From an uncultured Fibrobacter sp. (GTDB taxonomy: Bacteria; Fibrobacterota; Fibrobacteria; Fibrobacterales; Fibrobacteraceae): DNA of 64,000 bases. The stretch is taken from contig CAKUXP010000002.1 in the NCBI GenBank assembly GCA_934700345.1, positions 50,515 through 114,514 of the forward strand, given 5' to 3'. The notes under the pieces were generated by a model, which saw only the letters and a list, made by a program, of their open reading frames with translations, was not told the DNA's origin and made no database searches. How positions within the stretch are numbered: position 1 is the first letter of the stretch; each line of letters begins with the position of its first letter. Positions 1-9,698 of the stretch are shown here, piece after piece. A program made the translations under genes and the position numbers.

Positions 1-540
1 TGAGACGTCCCTTGACATCGTAGCCTGCGGCGTTGAAGTAGCGAAGCGCGGCAAAGCGGATTCCGCGGAGCTTGTCGTACCAGTTCAAAAACTTTTCGAT
101 GGCGAGCTTGGTGAAACCGTAATAGTTTTCGGGGACGGTCGGGTGCTTTTCATCGACGGGCATGTATTGGGGGGAACCATAGACGGCTGCGGAACTGGAA
201 AAGACGATGTACTTTACTTTGTGCGCTGCAGCCGCATTTAAAATGTTGACGGAACCGTTGATGTTGTTTACGCTGTACTTTTCGGGACTTGTCATGGATT
301 CGCCCGCAGCCTTGAATGCGGCGAGATGCACGAGCCCTTCGGGCTTGAAATTTTCAAAGAATGAGTCCAGATCTCTCGGATTTAAAATATCGCCTTGGGT
401 GAATCCCGCTTCCGGGAAAAGATTTTGGCGAAGTCCGGACGAAAGGTTGTCAAAGACGTGGACGTCATGCCCTGCGTCGAGAAGTTCCCGGACCGTGTGG
501 GAACCGATGTAGCCTGCGCCGCCGATCACTGCAATTTTCA
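1..540 (-). CDS. galE: UDP-glucose 4-epimerase, N-terminal ~180 aa (gene runs off the window start)
   Basis: Reverse complement of 538-540 is ATG. Translation begins MKIAVIGGAGYIGSHTVRELLDAGHDVHVFDNLSSG, the GxxGxxG NAD-binding Rossmann N-terminus typical of GalE. The frame stays open to position 1, so there is no stop in the window, which is why it is absent from the ORF track. Confidence 0.8.
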
Positions 541-847
541 TAAAATCCTCCGAAGTCAAGAGTCTTCTTGCCTGCAATTTAAAAATTATAGCTGTTTGGA
601 AATATCTATCTGTAAAATTTGGAATGGCGAAAATCATAAAAACCAAAAGATTCTTGAAAAATATTGACAAATATTTTTTTCCCTTATTGTTTTGAAGCCA
701 CTTTAAAATATAGGAGAAAAAAAATGAAAACGGTTTTGGCGTTGACATTGCTTTGCGGAATGGCTTTATTTTTGGTTGTTCACAGAATTTGGCGAGAGGG
801 ACTGCTACGAAGCGAAAGGCAAGGCGATTCGCGTCGGAAATTAAGCC

Positions 848-2608
848 TCACCCGATTCCGTCCAAAATTTCAAAACGTTCGTAGGCTGCTTCCAGGAGTT
901 TTTCCTTTTCGGAGAGGTTTTTTTGCGTTTCAATGAGTTTTGTCGGATTCGTATAGACTTCTTCCTTCCCTAGCAACTCTTGCAGGCCGGCGATTTCCTG
1001 TTCTAACTTTTCGATAGTTTCGGGAAGCCCTTGGTATTCGCGCTCTTCCTTGTAGCTGCGCTTCTTCTTTTCCCTAGGCCGTTCTTCGTTGGGTTTCTTT
1101 TCGGGACTTGTCGATGATTCCGCTTCCTTGATGCGTAATTTTTTCGCTTCCGCGTAATCGCTAAAGCCTCCGACGTTTTCATGGATGTCTCCGACGCCTT
1201 CGAATCCCAGGATTTCCGTGGCGACGTTGTCGAGAAAGTCCCGGTCGTGGCTGACCGTGATAACCGTTCCGTTGTATTCGGCGAGCAGATCGGCAAGCAG
1301 GTCGAGCGTTTCCATGTCGAGATCGTTTGTGGGTTCGTCGAGTACCAGCACGTTGGACGGATGAGAAAAAAGACAGGCGAGAAGTAGGCGGTTCCGCTCT
1401 CCGCCGGATAGCGCGCTGATCGGTCCGCGTGCGCGTTCCGCCGTAAAGAGAAAGTCTTGCAGGTAGCTCAATACGTGCTGTTTCTGTCCGTTCAGAACGA
1501 CATATTCCTGACCGTCCCCGATATTTTCGACAAGCGTCCTGTCTTCGCGTAGGCGGGTTCGCATCTGGTCAAAGTAGGCTATCTGGAGGTTCGTACCTAA
1601 TCGGACGGTTCCGGTTTGCGGGGCGAGTTCTCCTAGGAGAATCTTGAGAAGGGTCGTTTTGCCGCAGCCGTTCGGTCCGACGATTCCTATGCGGTCTCCG
1701 CGGGAAATCTCTGTCGAAAAATTCTGGATAAGGGGTTTTCCTTCGTAGGAATAGGAAATGTTCTCGGCGCGGACGACAATCCTTCCGGAACGTTCCGCTT
1801 CGGTGATTTGCATCTTGACGTTTCCCGTCCGGTTCCTGCGTTCGGCGCGTTCTTTTCGCATCTTGATCAAAGCCCTGACTCGGCCTTCGTTGCGAGTGCG
1901 CCTTGCCTGTATTCCCTTGCGAATCCAGACTTCCTCTTCGGCGAGCCTCTTGTCAAAAAGCTTGTTCGCCTTGGCTTCTTCGGCGAGTGCTTCGTCGCGA
2001 TGGCGTACAAATTCATCATAGGGAAAGTTCCAGGAGCGGATGCGTCCTCGGTCGAGTTCTAGAATCCGCGTGGCGAGCCTTCGGGCAAAGGCTCTGTCGT
2101 GGCTGATGAATAGGACTGCACATGAAATTCGTGCCAAAATCCCTTCTAGCCATTGGATGCTCGGAATGTCTAAGTGGTTGGTAGGTTCGTCAAGCAGAAG
2201 CAGGTCGGGTTCTTCGGCGAGAGCCTTTGCAAAGAGGACGCGACGCTTTTGGCCTCCGGAGAGAGAATTGTAAGAAACTTCGGGGTCAATACCGGTTTTT
2301 CCTAGGATGTCCTCGCCTGCGGTATGGCGTTCCGCTGTGTCTCCGATGACTATGCCGCGGACAGTTCCGCCTAGGTTGGCAGGAATTTCCTGGATGAGAC
2401 GCGCTGTGCGCAGCCCGATTTTTCGGATGATTTCGCCCGAGTTCGCTTCCATTTCGCCGGAAAGAATCTTGAGTAGCGTACTTTTTCCTTCACCGTTTCT
2501 GCCCATAAGGCATATGCGCTCGTTTTCCTGGATATCGAAGGATACCTTGTCTAAAAGGGGCGGGTCGCTAAAGCGAAGCGTTAAGTCTCTAACGGATAAC
2601 AGTGCCAT
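848..2608 (-). CDS. ABC-F family ATPase (two tandem ABC domains, Uup/EttA-like) with a C-terminal coiled-coil
   Basis: 586-aa ORF with two Walker A motifs (GRNGEGKST, GPNGCGKTT) and two ABC signature motifs (LSGGQKRRV, LSGGERNRL). It has no transmembrane domain and a K/E-rich C-terminal tail. Confidence 0.85.
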   Translation of the reverse strand: MALLSVRDLTLRFSDPPLLDKVSFDIQENERICLMGRNGEGKSTLLKILSGEMEANSGEIIRKIGLRTARLIQEIPANLGGTVRGIVIGDTAERHTAGEDILGKTGIDPEVSYNSLSGGQKRRVLFAKALAEEPDLLLLDEPTNHLDIPSIQWLEGILARISCAVLFISHDRAFARRLATRILELDRGRIRSWNFPYDEFVRHRDEALAEEAKANKLFDKRLAEEEVWIRKGIQARRTRNEGRVRALIKMRKERAERRNRTGNVKMQITEAERSGRIVVRAENISYSYEGKPLIQNFSTEISRGDRIGIVGPNGCGKTTLLKILLGELAPQTGTVRLGTNLQIAYFDQMRTRLREDRTLVENIGDGQEYVVLNGQKQHVLSYLQDFLFTAERARGPISALSGGERNRLLLACLFSHPSNVLVLDEPTNDLDMETLDLLADLLAEYNGTVITVSHDRDFLDNVATEILGFEGVGDIHENVGGFSDYAEAKKLRIKEAESSTSPEKKPNEERPREKKKRSYKEEREYQGLPETIEKLEQEIAGLQELLGKEEVYTNPTKLIETQKNLSEKEKLLEAAYERFEILDGIG

Positions 2609-3017
2609 GCGCTAAAGGTAGAAAAAAGACGCTCGTTGTGCCGGCTTGAATTAGTGCAGATTCTCTTTGTTTTTTTGGGGGGACTTCTTTCAAGTCTCGC
2701 TTTTTGCAACAGAAGTTTTTTCTGCTCCTCTTTTATCCATATCGGTTTCGCTTCCGCTTTTACTCAAAAGATTTCGCTTCTGACGGAAAGTTTTCCCTGG
2801 CTGTTTTTGAAAGCGGGAAGGAAAGAGCGTCGTCTTTTTTCGAAAACTTGCTGGAGTTTGAAAATATCGAGAATTCTTGAAAATACGAATGATGGAAAAA
2901 TTGCGGATGACGGCGACCGCTTTTCTCGTTATCGATATGGCCGTTCGTGTTAACGGTTGGATTCGACAGCCCATCTGTAAATTTTATAACTTTACGTAAA
3001 AGATAAAGGTGAATTTT

Positions 3018-4361
3018 ATGTCTGTCTTGATGCGTTCGGTTTCTGGAATCCGTGGAATTGTCGGTGATACGCTCACTCCGCAAGTTTTGACGAATCATGT
3101 GAAAGCCTTTCTGGAGGTAATCGGTGCGCGAAAAATCGTCATCGGGCGCGACAGCCGACCGACGGGCGAAGCGATTGCGTCTTTCGTTTCCGGGCTTTGC
3201 CGCTTGGCGGGAGCCGACGTCGTCGATGTGGGACTTGCGACAACTCCGAGCGTCGAACTCTTTGTGACAAAGCTTCATGCCGATGCGGGAATCATCGTGA
3301 CGGCGAGCCACAATCCGCTAGAATGGAACGCTCTCAAGTTTCTCGACCAGAGGGGAATTTTCCTCGGACCGGACGAAGTCAAGGAGCTTTTCGCTATTGC
3401 GGATTCGGGAAGGTTCATCTACCCGGATTATCGTCAGATGGGAACTTGCGAGAAGCTTGAAGACGCGGACGCTTTCCATATCGACGAGACGCTTGCGATT
3501 CCGTTTATGGATGTGAAGAGAATTCGGGAGAAGCGTTTCAAGGTGGCTATCGATGCCGTAAACGGTGCGGGTTCCCATATCGTCCCGCGACTTCTCGAAT
3601 CTCTCGGCTGCGACGTGGTGCGTGTCCACTGTGAACCGGACGGTACTTTCCCGCGAGGACCGGAACCGATTCCGTCGAACCTAAAGGATCTGGAAAAGGC
3701 TGTTCGGGAAAACGGGTGCGCTGTAGGATTTGCGCTCGACCCGGATGCGGATCGCTGTGCCCTTGTCGATGGAAACGGTCACGCTGTCGGCGAAGAATAT
3801 ACGCTTGCGATGGCGACAGAGGCTGTCCTTGCGAAGAAGAAAGGTCCCGTGTGCGTGAACCTTTCCACGTCTCGGATGAGTGCCGATATCGCGGAAAAGT
3901 TCGGCGTCGGGTTCTCCCGTGCGAAGGTGGGCGAAGTCAACGTAAGCCTGCAGATGATGCGGGAAGGCTGCGTTATCGGAGGCGAAGGAAACGGTGGCGT
4001 GATTTTGCCGGCAGTCCATTACGGTCGTGATTCGCTGGTCGCGGCGGCCATGGTCCTTTCGTGGATGGCGGAAAACGGCGGCGGTCCGGAAAAATTCAAG
4101 GCGGAACATCCACAATATGTAATGCCAAAGAAAAAGTTCCCGCTAGGGGAAAAACCCGTACAGGCTGTCTTTGAGGAGGTTCTGCGGGAATTTTCTGATT
4201 ATTCCGCAGACACGCGCGACGGTCTATGGCTAGGAAAAGGCAAGAGCTTTGTCCATGTCCGCGCGTCCAATACGGAGCCGGTCATCCGTGTCATCTCCGA
4301 GGCGCCGACCGAAGCGGAAGCGGAAGAACTCTGTGCGAAGGTTGAAGCGAAAATCCATTAA
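3018..4361 (+). CDS. Phosphoglucosamine mutase / phosphomannomutase family protein (alpha-D-phosphohexomutase); GlmM-like by its position next to glmS
   Basis: Active-site serine loop TASHNP, metal-binding DPDADR, and GEGNGG in the sugar-binding loop. AAAGG lies 8 nt upstream of the ATG at 3018; the track ORF starts at an upstream GTG at 3009. glmS follows 9 nt downstream. Confidence 0.75.
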   Translation: MSVLMRSVSGIRGIVGDTLTPQVLTNHVKAFLEVIGARKIVIGRDSRPTGEAIASFVSGLCRLAGADVVDVGLATTPSVELFVTKLHADAGIIVTASHNPLEWNALKFLDQRGIFLGPDEVKELFAIADSGRFIYPDYRQMGTCEKLEDADAFHIDETLAIPFMDVKRIREKRFKVAIDAVNGAGSHIVPRLLESLGCDVVRVHCEPDGTFPRGPEPIPSNLKDLEKAVRENGCAVGFALDPDADRCALVDGNGHAVGEEYTLAMATEAVLAKKKGPVCVNLSTSRMSADIAEKFGVGFSRAKVGEVNVSLQMMREGCVIGGEGNGGVILPAVHYGRDSLVAAAMVLSWMAENGGGPEKFKAEHPQYVMPKKKFPLGEKPVQAVFEEVLREFSDYSADTRDGLWLGKGKSFVHVRASNTEPVIRVISEAPTEAEAEELCAKVEAKIH

Positions 4362-4370
4362 GAGGTCGGT

Positions 4371-6203
4371 ATGTGCGGAATAGTCGGTTATATCGGAAAT
4401 CGCGATGCGGTGAATGTCCTTCTCGGCGGGCTGAAACGCCTGGAGTATCGCGGATATGATTCGTCGGGAGTCGCTGTAGCCCATCCGGACGGAACGCTCG
4501 AAATGGAAAAGGCGACAGGAAAAATCGCTTCGTTGGAAAAGAAGCTGAAGTCGCACCCTCTTGCGGCTCATATCGGAATTGCGCATACGCGCTGGGCGAC
4601 TCATGGTGCGCCGACCGAAAGAAATGCGCATCCCCAGGTGAGCTTTGACGGGAAGATTATGGTGGTGCACAACGGCATCATTGAAAATTACGTACAAATT
4701 AAGAAAAAGCTGGAAGCGGACGGGATAAAGTTTACTTCCGAAACGGATACAGAAGTCGTTGCGCATCTAATTGCAAAGCTTTACCGTGGCGATATCAAGT
4801 CCGCAATTTTGGAGGCTTTGAACAGGATCGAGGGAACCTTTGGGCTTGCGGTCCTTTGCGCAGAGGAACCGAATGTCTTAATCGGCGCGCGTCGCGGAAG
4901 TCCGCTGGTTTTAGGCCTTGGCGGCGACGGCGAATATTTTCTTGCAAGCGATGTGACCGCCATTGTCGATTATACGCAAAAAGTTGTCTATCTGAACGAT
5001 GATGATGTCGTCATCGCAAGCCGTACCGGTTATGAAATCATGACGGTTTCAAGCCATACGGTGAACCGCAATGTCGAAGAGGTGGAATTTGATGCCGATG
5101 CGGCAAGCAAGGGCGGATTCGAGCATTTTATGCTCAAGGAAATTTTCGAGCAACCCGAAGCGCTTCGCAATACGATGCGCGGACGTCTCCTTCTCTCCGA
5201 AGGTTCTGCAAAGCTTGCGGGACTTGATTCGAACCGCTTGGAACTTCGCAACCTGAACCGTATCATTATCACGGCCTGTGGAACGAGCTATTATGCGGGA
5301 ATGGTCGGGGAATATCTGATCGAAGACTTGGCCGGTGTTCCGGTGGAAGTCGAATACGCATCCGAATTCCGCTACCGCAATCCGATCATCAAGCCGGGAA
5401 CGCTCGTGCTAGTCATTTCGCAATCCGGCGAAACCGCCGATACGCTTGCCGCTCTCCGCGAAGCGAAAACAAAAGGCGCGACGGTTCTCGGCATCTGTAA
5501 CGCGGTCGGTTCGACGATTGCCCGCGAAAGCGATGGCGGAGTCTATCTGCATGCGGGACCGGAAATCGGTGTGGCGAGTACAAAGGCGTTTACGGCGCAG
5601 GTGACGGTTCTTGCGATGATTGCGCTTCTCCTCGGTCGGGAACGCCGCGTGTCCGCGGAACAGGGAATCGAACTTGCACGCTCCATTTCGAATATCCCGG
5701 GCGTTGTCGAGGAAACGCTGAAACTTTCCGAAAAAATCCGTGAAATTGCGAGAAAATACGCTCTTGCGAACAATTTTCTCTACCTCGGGCGGCATTACAA
5801 CTATCCCGTCGCCATGGAAGGCGCGCTCAAGCTGAAGGAAATCAGCTACATCCATGCGGAAGGCTATCCCGCAGCCGAGATGAAGCATGGGCCGATTGCG
5901 CTCATCGACGAGAACATGCCGGTGGTCGTTATCGCTCCGAAGGACAGCCTCTTTGACAAGGTCCTTTCGAATGTGCGGGAAATCAAGGCCCGTGGTGGCC
6001 GAATTATCGCCGTAACGACTTCCGACTGCACCGAGCTTTCCGAGTTTGCGGACGACATCATCTTTGTCCCCAAGATAAATCCGATGCTGATGCCTCTTGT
6101 CACCTGCGTTCCGCTCCAGCTGCTTGCCTACCACATCGCGGTTCTTCGCGGAAACGATGTCGATCAGCCGCGGAATCTTGCCAAAAGCGTGACCGTGGAA
6201 TAG
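4371..6203 (+). CDS. glmS: Glutamine--fructose-6-phosphate aminotransferase (isomerising)
   Basis: N-terminal MCGIVGY class-II glutamine amidotransferase nucleophile. Two SIS domains. Characteristic C-terminal VTVE. 610 aa. Confidence 0.95.
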   Translation: MCGIVGYIGNRDAVNVLLGGLKRLEYRGYDSSGVAVAHPDGTLEMEKATGKIASLEKKLKSHPLAAHIGIAHTRWATHGAPTERNAHPQVSFDGKIMVVHNGIIENYVQIKKKLEADGIKFTSETDTEVVAHLIAKLYRGDIKSAILEALNRIEGTFGLAVLCAEEPNVLIGARRGSPLVLGLGGDGEYFLASDVTAIVDYTQKVVYLNDDDVVIASRTGYEIMTVSSHTVNRNVEEVEFDADAASKGGFEHFMLKEIFEQPEALRNTMRGRLLLSEGSAKLAGLDSNRLELRNLNRIIITACGTSYYAGMVGEYLIEDLAGVPVEVEYASEFRYRNPIIKPGTLVLVISQSGETADTLAALREAKTKGATVLGICNAVGSTIARESDGGVYLHAGPEIGVASTKAFTAQVTVLAMIALLLGRERRVSAEQGIELARSISNIPGVVEETLKLSEKIREIARKYALANNFLYLGRHYNYPVAMEGALKLKEISYIHAEGYPAAEMKHGPIALIDENMPVVVIAPKDSLFDKVLSNVREIKARGGRIIAVTTSDCTELSEFADDIIFVPKINPMLMPLVTCVPLQLLAYHIAVLRGNDVDQPRNLAKSVTVE

Positions 6204-6210
6204 TTTTTCG

Positions 6211-7386
6211 ATGCCTGAAATTTCCGAATCCTACGAAGTCCATATCGGAGCATTTGAAGGTCCGATGGATCTCCTGCTGTATCTGGTGCAGCAGAGCGAG
6301 GTCAAGATCACGGACATCTCGATCGCCGAAATTGCGGACCAGTATCTCGCCTGGATCAAGAATCTTTCGCAGATGGATCTTTCTCAGGCCGGGGATTTTC
6401 TTGTCATGGCGAGCCGTCTCATGGCGATGAAGACGCGTGAACTTTTGCCAAAGGACGAGCGTACTCCCGAGGATGAGGAACAGATTGATTTTTCGCGGGA
6501 CGAATTCATCCGGCAAATGCTCGAATACCAGCGTTACAAGCAGGTGGCGAAGGAAATGCAGGAAATGGAGAACCGCAATTTCGGGACGTGCTACCGGGGA
6601 CGCCTGGAAAAAACGGAAAGCGAGGAGGATACGCTTGCCGATGCGAATGTCTGGCAGTTGTTTCGGGCATACCAAAAAACACTGAAAACACGCGGAAACG
6701 AAAATGTCCACCATATCGAACTGGACGATGTGACCATCGAGGACCGGCAACAGTTTATTTCGAACACGCTCCGCAGGGATGGACGCGTCCTGTTCGAAGA
6801 TCTTCTCGGGCGCGATCCGCTTCCGATCGTTACCGTGGTAACATTCATGGCGCTAATGGAAATGATCAAGACGGACGAGGTCGTTTTTCGCCAGAGTGAA
6901 CTTTTCGGAGCTATCTGGATCTACCGCAAAAAGGACAACCAGGAATTTGCCGAGGAAATGGCAAACGAAACGCGCCTCTACGAACCGGAGCGCGAGTTTA
7001 AAACCGGCATTGTCGAAAAGCTCCGAGAACGCGAACTTCTGCAGGGAGAAAATTCGGGTAGCGAAAGGGACGTTCCGCTCGACCAGGCGCTTCGTACGGT
7101 ATCCGCCCTGGTTGCGCAGGGAAAGAGCGTCGGTTCGGAAGACATCAACGCGCTGCTTTCCGGGAAGCTTGATTTTAAAACGCTAGAAGCGGAACTTTCA
7201 AGGCCGGACGAAAGACTGGTCGAACCGGAATTGCAAGCAATCGAGGATGCGGCTGAGCTTGTGGAAAATGCGGAAATCGAAGCGAGCCTTGCCGAAAATG
7301 TCGAACCGAACGAAAAATCCGCCGCGGAATCCGCAACGGATGACGAACGTCCGGAAAATCCGGAAGACGATTCCCCGGAACCCTAA
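6211..7386 (+). CDS. scpA: Segregation and condensation protein A (ScpA kleisin) with an ~140-aa acidic C-terminal extension
   Basis: N-terminus MDLLLYLVQQSEVKITDISIAEIADQYLAWI is the conserved ScpA start. At 391 aa it is longer than typical ScpA; the tail is E/D-rich and low-complexity. Confidence 0.7.
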   Translation: MPEISESYEVHIGAFEGPMDLLLYLVQQSEVKITDISIAEIADQYLAWIKNLSQMDLSQAGDFLVMASRLMAMKTRELLPKDERTPEDEEQIDFSRDEFIRQMLEYQRYKQVAKEMQEMENRNFGTCYRGRLEKTESEEDTLADANVWQLFRAYQKTLKTRGNENVHHIELDDVTIEDRQQFISNTLRRDGRVLFEDLLGRDPLPIVTVVTFMALMEMIKTDEVVFRQSELFGAIWIYRKKDNQEFAEEMANETRLYEPEREFKTGIVEKLRERELLQGENSGSERDVPLDQALRTVSALVAQGKSVGSEDINALLSGKLDFKTLEAELSRPDERLVEPELQAIEDAAELVENAEIEASLAENVEPNEKSAAESATDDERPENPEDDSPEP

Positions 7387-7661
7387 TCCCATTCGAGCCT
7401 TGGCGGCTCTTTTAGGTTCGGGTTGTTCTTTGCCGCTTCGAACTTCTTTTCAATTTCGGAGAGCCGGTTCTTTTCCTTTTCCCTCGCTTCGGCAAATTTT
7501 TTGTCCAGGTCCGCAGACCGCGTCTTTTCACTTTGGATAAAATCTTCCAGCGAAAGTTTTTCCTTTTTGAATTCCCTGTGTTCGAGAACCTTGCCCGAAT
7601 CCCTGTCGACGATCAAGATGCCGTGGCACATCGGGCATTCGATTTCGAGCGTTTGCGTCAT
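7383..7661 (-). CDS. Small hypothetical protein with an N-terminal CPxC knuckle and a K/E-rich helical tail
   Basis: Internal ATG at 7659-7661 gives a 93-aa product, MTQTLEIECPMCHG.... Its start overlaps the stop of the upstream peptidase gene as ATGA. The longer track ORF (148 aa) would run across the upstream gene. Confidence 0.4.
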   Translation of the reverse strand: MTQTLEIECPMCHGILIVDRDSGKVLEHREFKKEKLSLEDFIQSEKTRSADLDKKFAEAREKEKNRLSEIEKKFEAAKNNPNLKEPPRLEWD

Positions 7662-8383
7662 CAGTCGTCTCTCCGCCCGCCGAGAAGCCCTGCGCGGAGT
7701 GCCCAGTAGAGAAGCTGCATGATGGAGGAAATCGCTGCGGCGACATAGGTGAGGCCCGCTGCGAAAAGGACGCCCGCTACGACGTCGCGTTCCCTGCCCG
7801 GAGCGAGAATGTTCAGTCTCGCAAGACATTTCTTGGCGCGGGACGATGCGTCAAATTCGACGGGGACCGTCACCAACGTAAAAAGCGTTGCGATGCCGAA
7901 AAGAACCACGCCGACAATCGCGATGTTCTGCCCGACCGTCTTTCCGGCGGACATCAGGATGATTCCCAAAATGACGATCCACGGACCGAAATTGGAACCG
8001 ATGTTTGCTGCCGGAACGATGAACGAGCGGAGCCACATCGGAAAATAATTCTGGGCGTGCTGGATTGCATGTCCGACTTCGTGGGCGGCGACGCCTGCGG
8101 AACTTGCGCTGCGACCGTGATAGACGTCGCGCGAAAGGTTCAACGTCTTGTCTATGGGATTGTAGTAATCCGAGAGGAATCCGCTTGTTTCGCGGATCCG
8201 TACGTCATAGATTCCCGCATCGGCGAGGATCGCGGAAGCGACTTCCGCGCCGGTGAGACCGCTCCGGATCTGGACTTTTTGCCCGGCCTTGAAACGGGCG
8301 CTGACCAAAGCCGAGACTGCCCCGGAAACGAGAAGCGTAACGAGCAGGATGCCCATATAGAGAGGGTCGAACATCATTTTCAA
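7661..8383 (-). CDS. Membrane zinc metallopeptidase, YugP-like (Zn_peptidase_2 family)
   Basis: HEVGHAIQH zinc-binding motif, flanking hydrophobic helices, ~240 aa. This pattern is typical of the YugP / putative neutral zinc metallopeptidase family. Confidence 0.65.
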   Translation of the reverse strand: MKMMFDPLYMGILLVTLLVSGAVSALVSARFKAGQKVQIRSGLTGAEVASAILADAGIYDVRIRETSGFLSDYYNPIDKTLNLSRDVYHGRSASSAGVAAHEVGHAIQHAQNYFPMWLRSFIVPAANIGSNFGPWIVILGIILMSAGKTVGQNIAIVGVVLFGIATLFTLVTVPVEFDASSRAKKCLARLNILAPGRERDVVAGVLFAAGLTYVAAAISSIMQLLYWALRAGLLGGRRDD

Positions 8384-8453
8384 ATTCTCCTATTTTCCTT
8401 CACAAATTACACAAAATAAAGGAAAAAAGGAAGGCGAAAATCGGGAAAAACGT

Positions 8454-8753
8454 CTATTTTTCGTCCCAGAACGGTCCCTTGTCAGCGACCATTCTCTCGG
8501 AATCTTTCGTGTTGGAATCCTGTAGAAATGAATCCAGGGATGCGCCTAGGTCGGCGAATGTTTTTTCCAGGGGAACGAGAATCTGCAACAGGGAGTCGAG
8601 TCTCGGCAGCTGTTTGCAAGCCTCTAGGCGGGACAGGTATTGCTTGGAAAGTCCGCTGATCGCCGAAAGCTGTTCCTGGCTCAAACGCTTTTCGATGCGC
8701 CACTTGATAAGCGTCTTGCTCAGAGCATGTTGGACTTTCCGTGTATGATACAT
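8454..8753 (-). CDS. XRE-family helix-turn-helix transcriptional regulator
   Basis: Internal start MYHTRK at 8751-8753 (the longer track ORF has an implausible N-terminus). The HTH segment LSQEQLSAISGLSKQYLSRLE matches the XRE/Cro-C1 type. Confidence 0.55.
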   Translation of the reverse strand: MYHTRKVQHALSKTLIKWRIEKRLSQEQLSAISGLSKQYLSRLEACKQLPRLDSLLQILVPLEKTFADLGASLDSFLQDSNTKDSERMVADKGPFWDEK

Positions 8754-8910
8754 AAAAATAAACACTATGAAAAGTCCCGTGAATTTCCTGCAACCGAACG
8801 ATTGCAAAAGCAAAGGTCTTTTTTTTTGCCGAGAAAGGATATTTTCCTGTTTTTTGGGACAGAAAATTTTTATCTTAGCGGTAAATAGAATTTTATCCAT
8901 AAGGACGGTT

Positions 8911-9648
8911 ATGAAAAAACTGATTGCAATTGGTCTCTGTGCGGCGTTTCTCGCCGGCTGTAATGAAATCGGCGCATCCCGGAAGACATCCCTTGTGACG
9001 GAAAAGGAAAAGGTCAGCTATGCGCTCGGTTCCATCTTTGGAACGCAGGCTCATGCCCAGCTTGTCGCCCGTGATTCCATTGACTTGGACCTGGAAGTTT
9101 TCAAGCAGGCTTTCGTGGATCATTACGGCAAGGACAGTGCCAAGTACCTGCTTTCGGATTCCGCGGTAAAGGCCGTGCTTAACGACTTCTCCGCAAACCT
9201 CCAGGCGGAACGCAAAAAGAAGGATAGCATCGCCAGTGCGAAGACTTTGGAAGAGGGCCTTGCGTTCCTCGCAAAGAACAAGACCGCAGAAGGTGTCGTT
9301 GTTACGGAAAGCGGCCTCCAGTACAAGGTGATCACCGAGGGCAAGGGGGAATTCCCGAACGATTCCTCGACGGTTTCTGTCCACTATACGGGAAAGCTCC
9401 TGGACGGTTCGGAATTCGACAGTTCCGTTAAGCGCGGCCAGCCGGCGGAATTCCCGGTCCGCGCGGTCATTCCCGGCTGGACGGAACTCCTGAAGCTGAT
9501 GAAGACGGGCGGAAAGGTCGTCGCCTGGATTCCGAGCGAACTCGCATACGGCACATATGGCCGCCCTCCGCTGATTCCGGGCAACAGCGTCCTCGAATTC
9601 GAGGTGGAACTGCTGAGCGTCAATGCTCCGGATTCTGTGAAAAAGTAA
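8911..9648 (+). CDS. FKBP-type peptidyl-prolyl cis-trans isomerase lipoprotein (FkpA/FklB-like)
   Basis: Lipoprotein signal MKKLIAIGLCAAFLAGC with AAGGA 6 nt upstream of the ATG at 8911. FKBP_N dimerisation helix followed by the FKBP_C domain (VHYTGKLLDGSEFDSS, AYGTYG). Confidence 0.85.
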   Translation: MKKLIAIGLCAAFLAGCNEIGASRKTSLVTEKEKVSYALGSIFGTQAHAQLVARDSIDLDLEVFKQAFVDHYGKDSAKYLLSDSAVKAVLNDFSANLQAERKKKDSIASAKTLEEGLAFLAKNKTAEGVVVTESGLQYKVITEGKGEFPNDSSTVSVHYTGKLLDGSEFDSSVKRGQPAEFPVRAVIPGWTELLKLMKTGGKVVAWIPSELAYGTYGRPPLIPGNSVLEFEVELLSVNAPDSVKK

Positions 9649-9663
9649 TTTACGCTTTTTTGG

Positions 9664-9690
9664 AAGGCCCGCTTTCGGCGGGCTTTTGTC
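9664..9690 (+). terminator. Rho-independent terminator after the FKBP gene
   Basis: aaGGCCCGCtttcGGCGGGCtttt: a perfect 6-8 bp GC stem with a 4-5 nt loop and a T-run. Confidence 0.6.
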
Positions 9691-9698
9691 GTTAGATA

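Noticed and set aside
724-936. 71-aa ORF (MKTVLALTLLCGMALFLVVHRIW...) with a good RBS between galE and the ABC-F gene
   Set aside because: It overlaps the 3' end of the convergent ABC-F gene by ~90 nt and has an Arg-rich tail. It is possibly a real small membrane protein, but the support is too weak to call.
5409-6750. Antisense ORFs within glmS and scpA (5409..6134, 6100..6750)
   Set aside because: They overlap confidently identified conserved genes.
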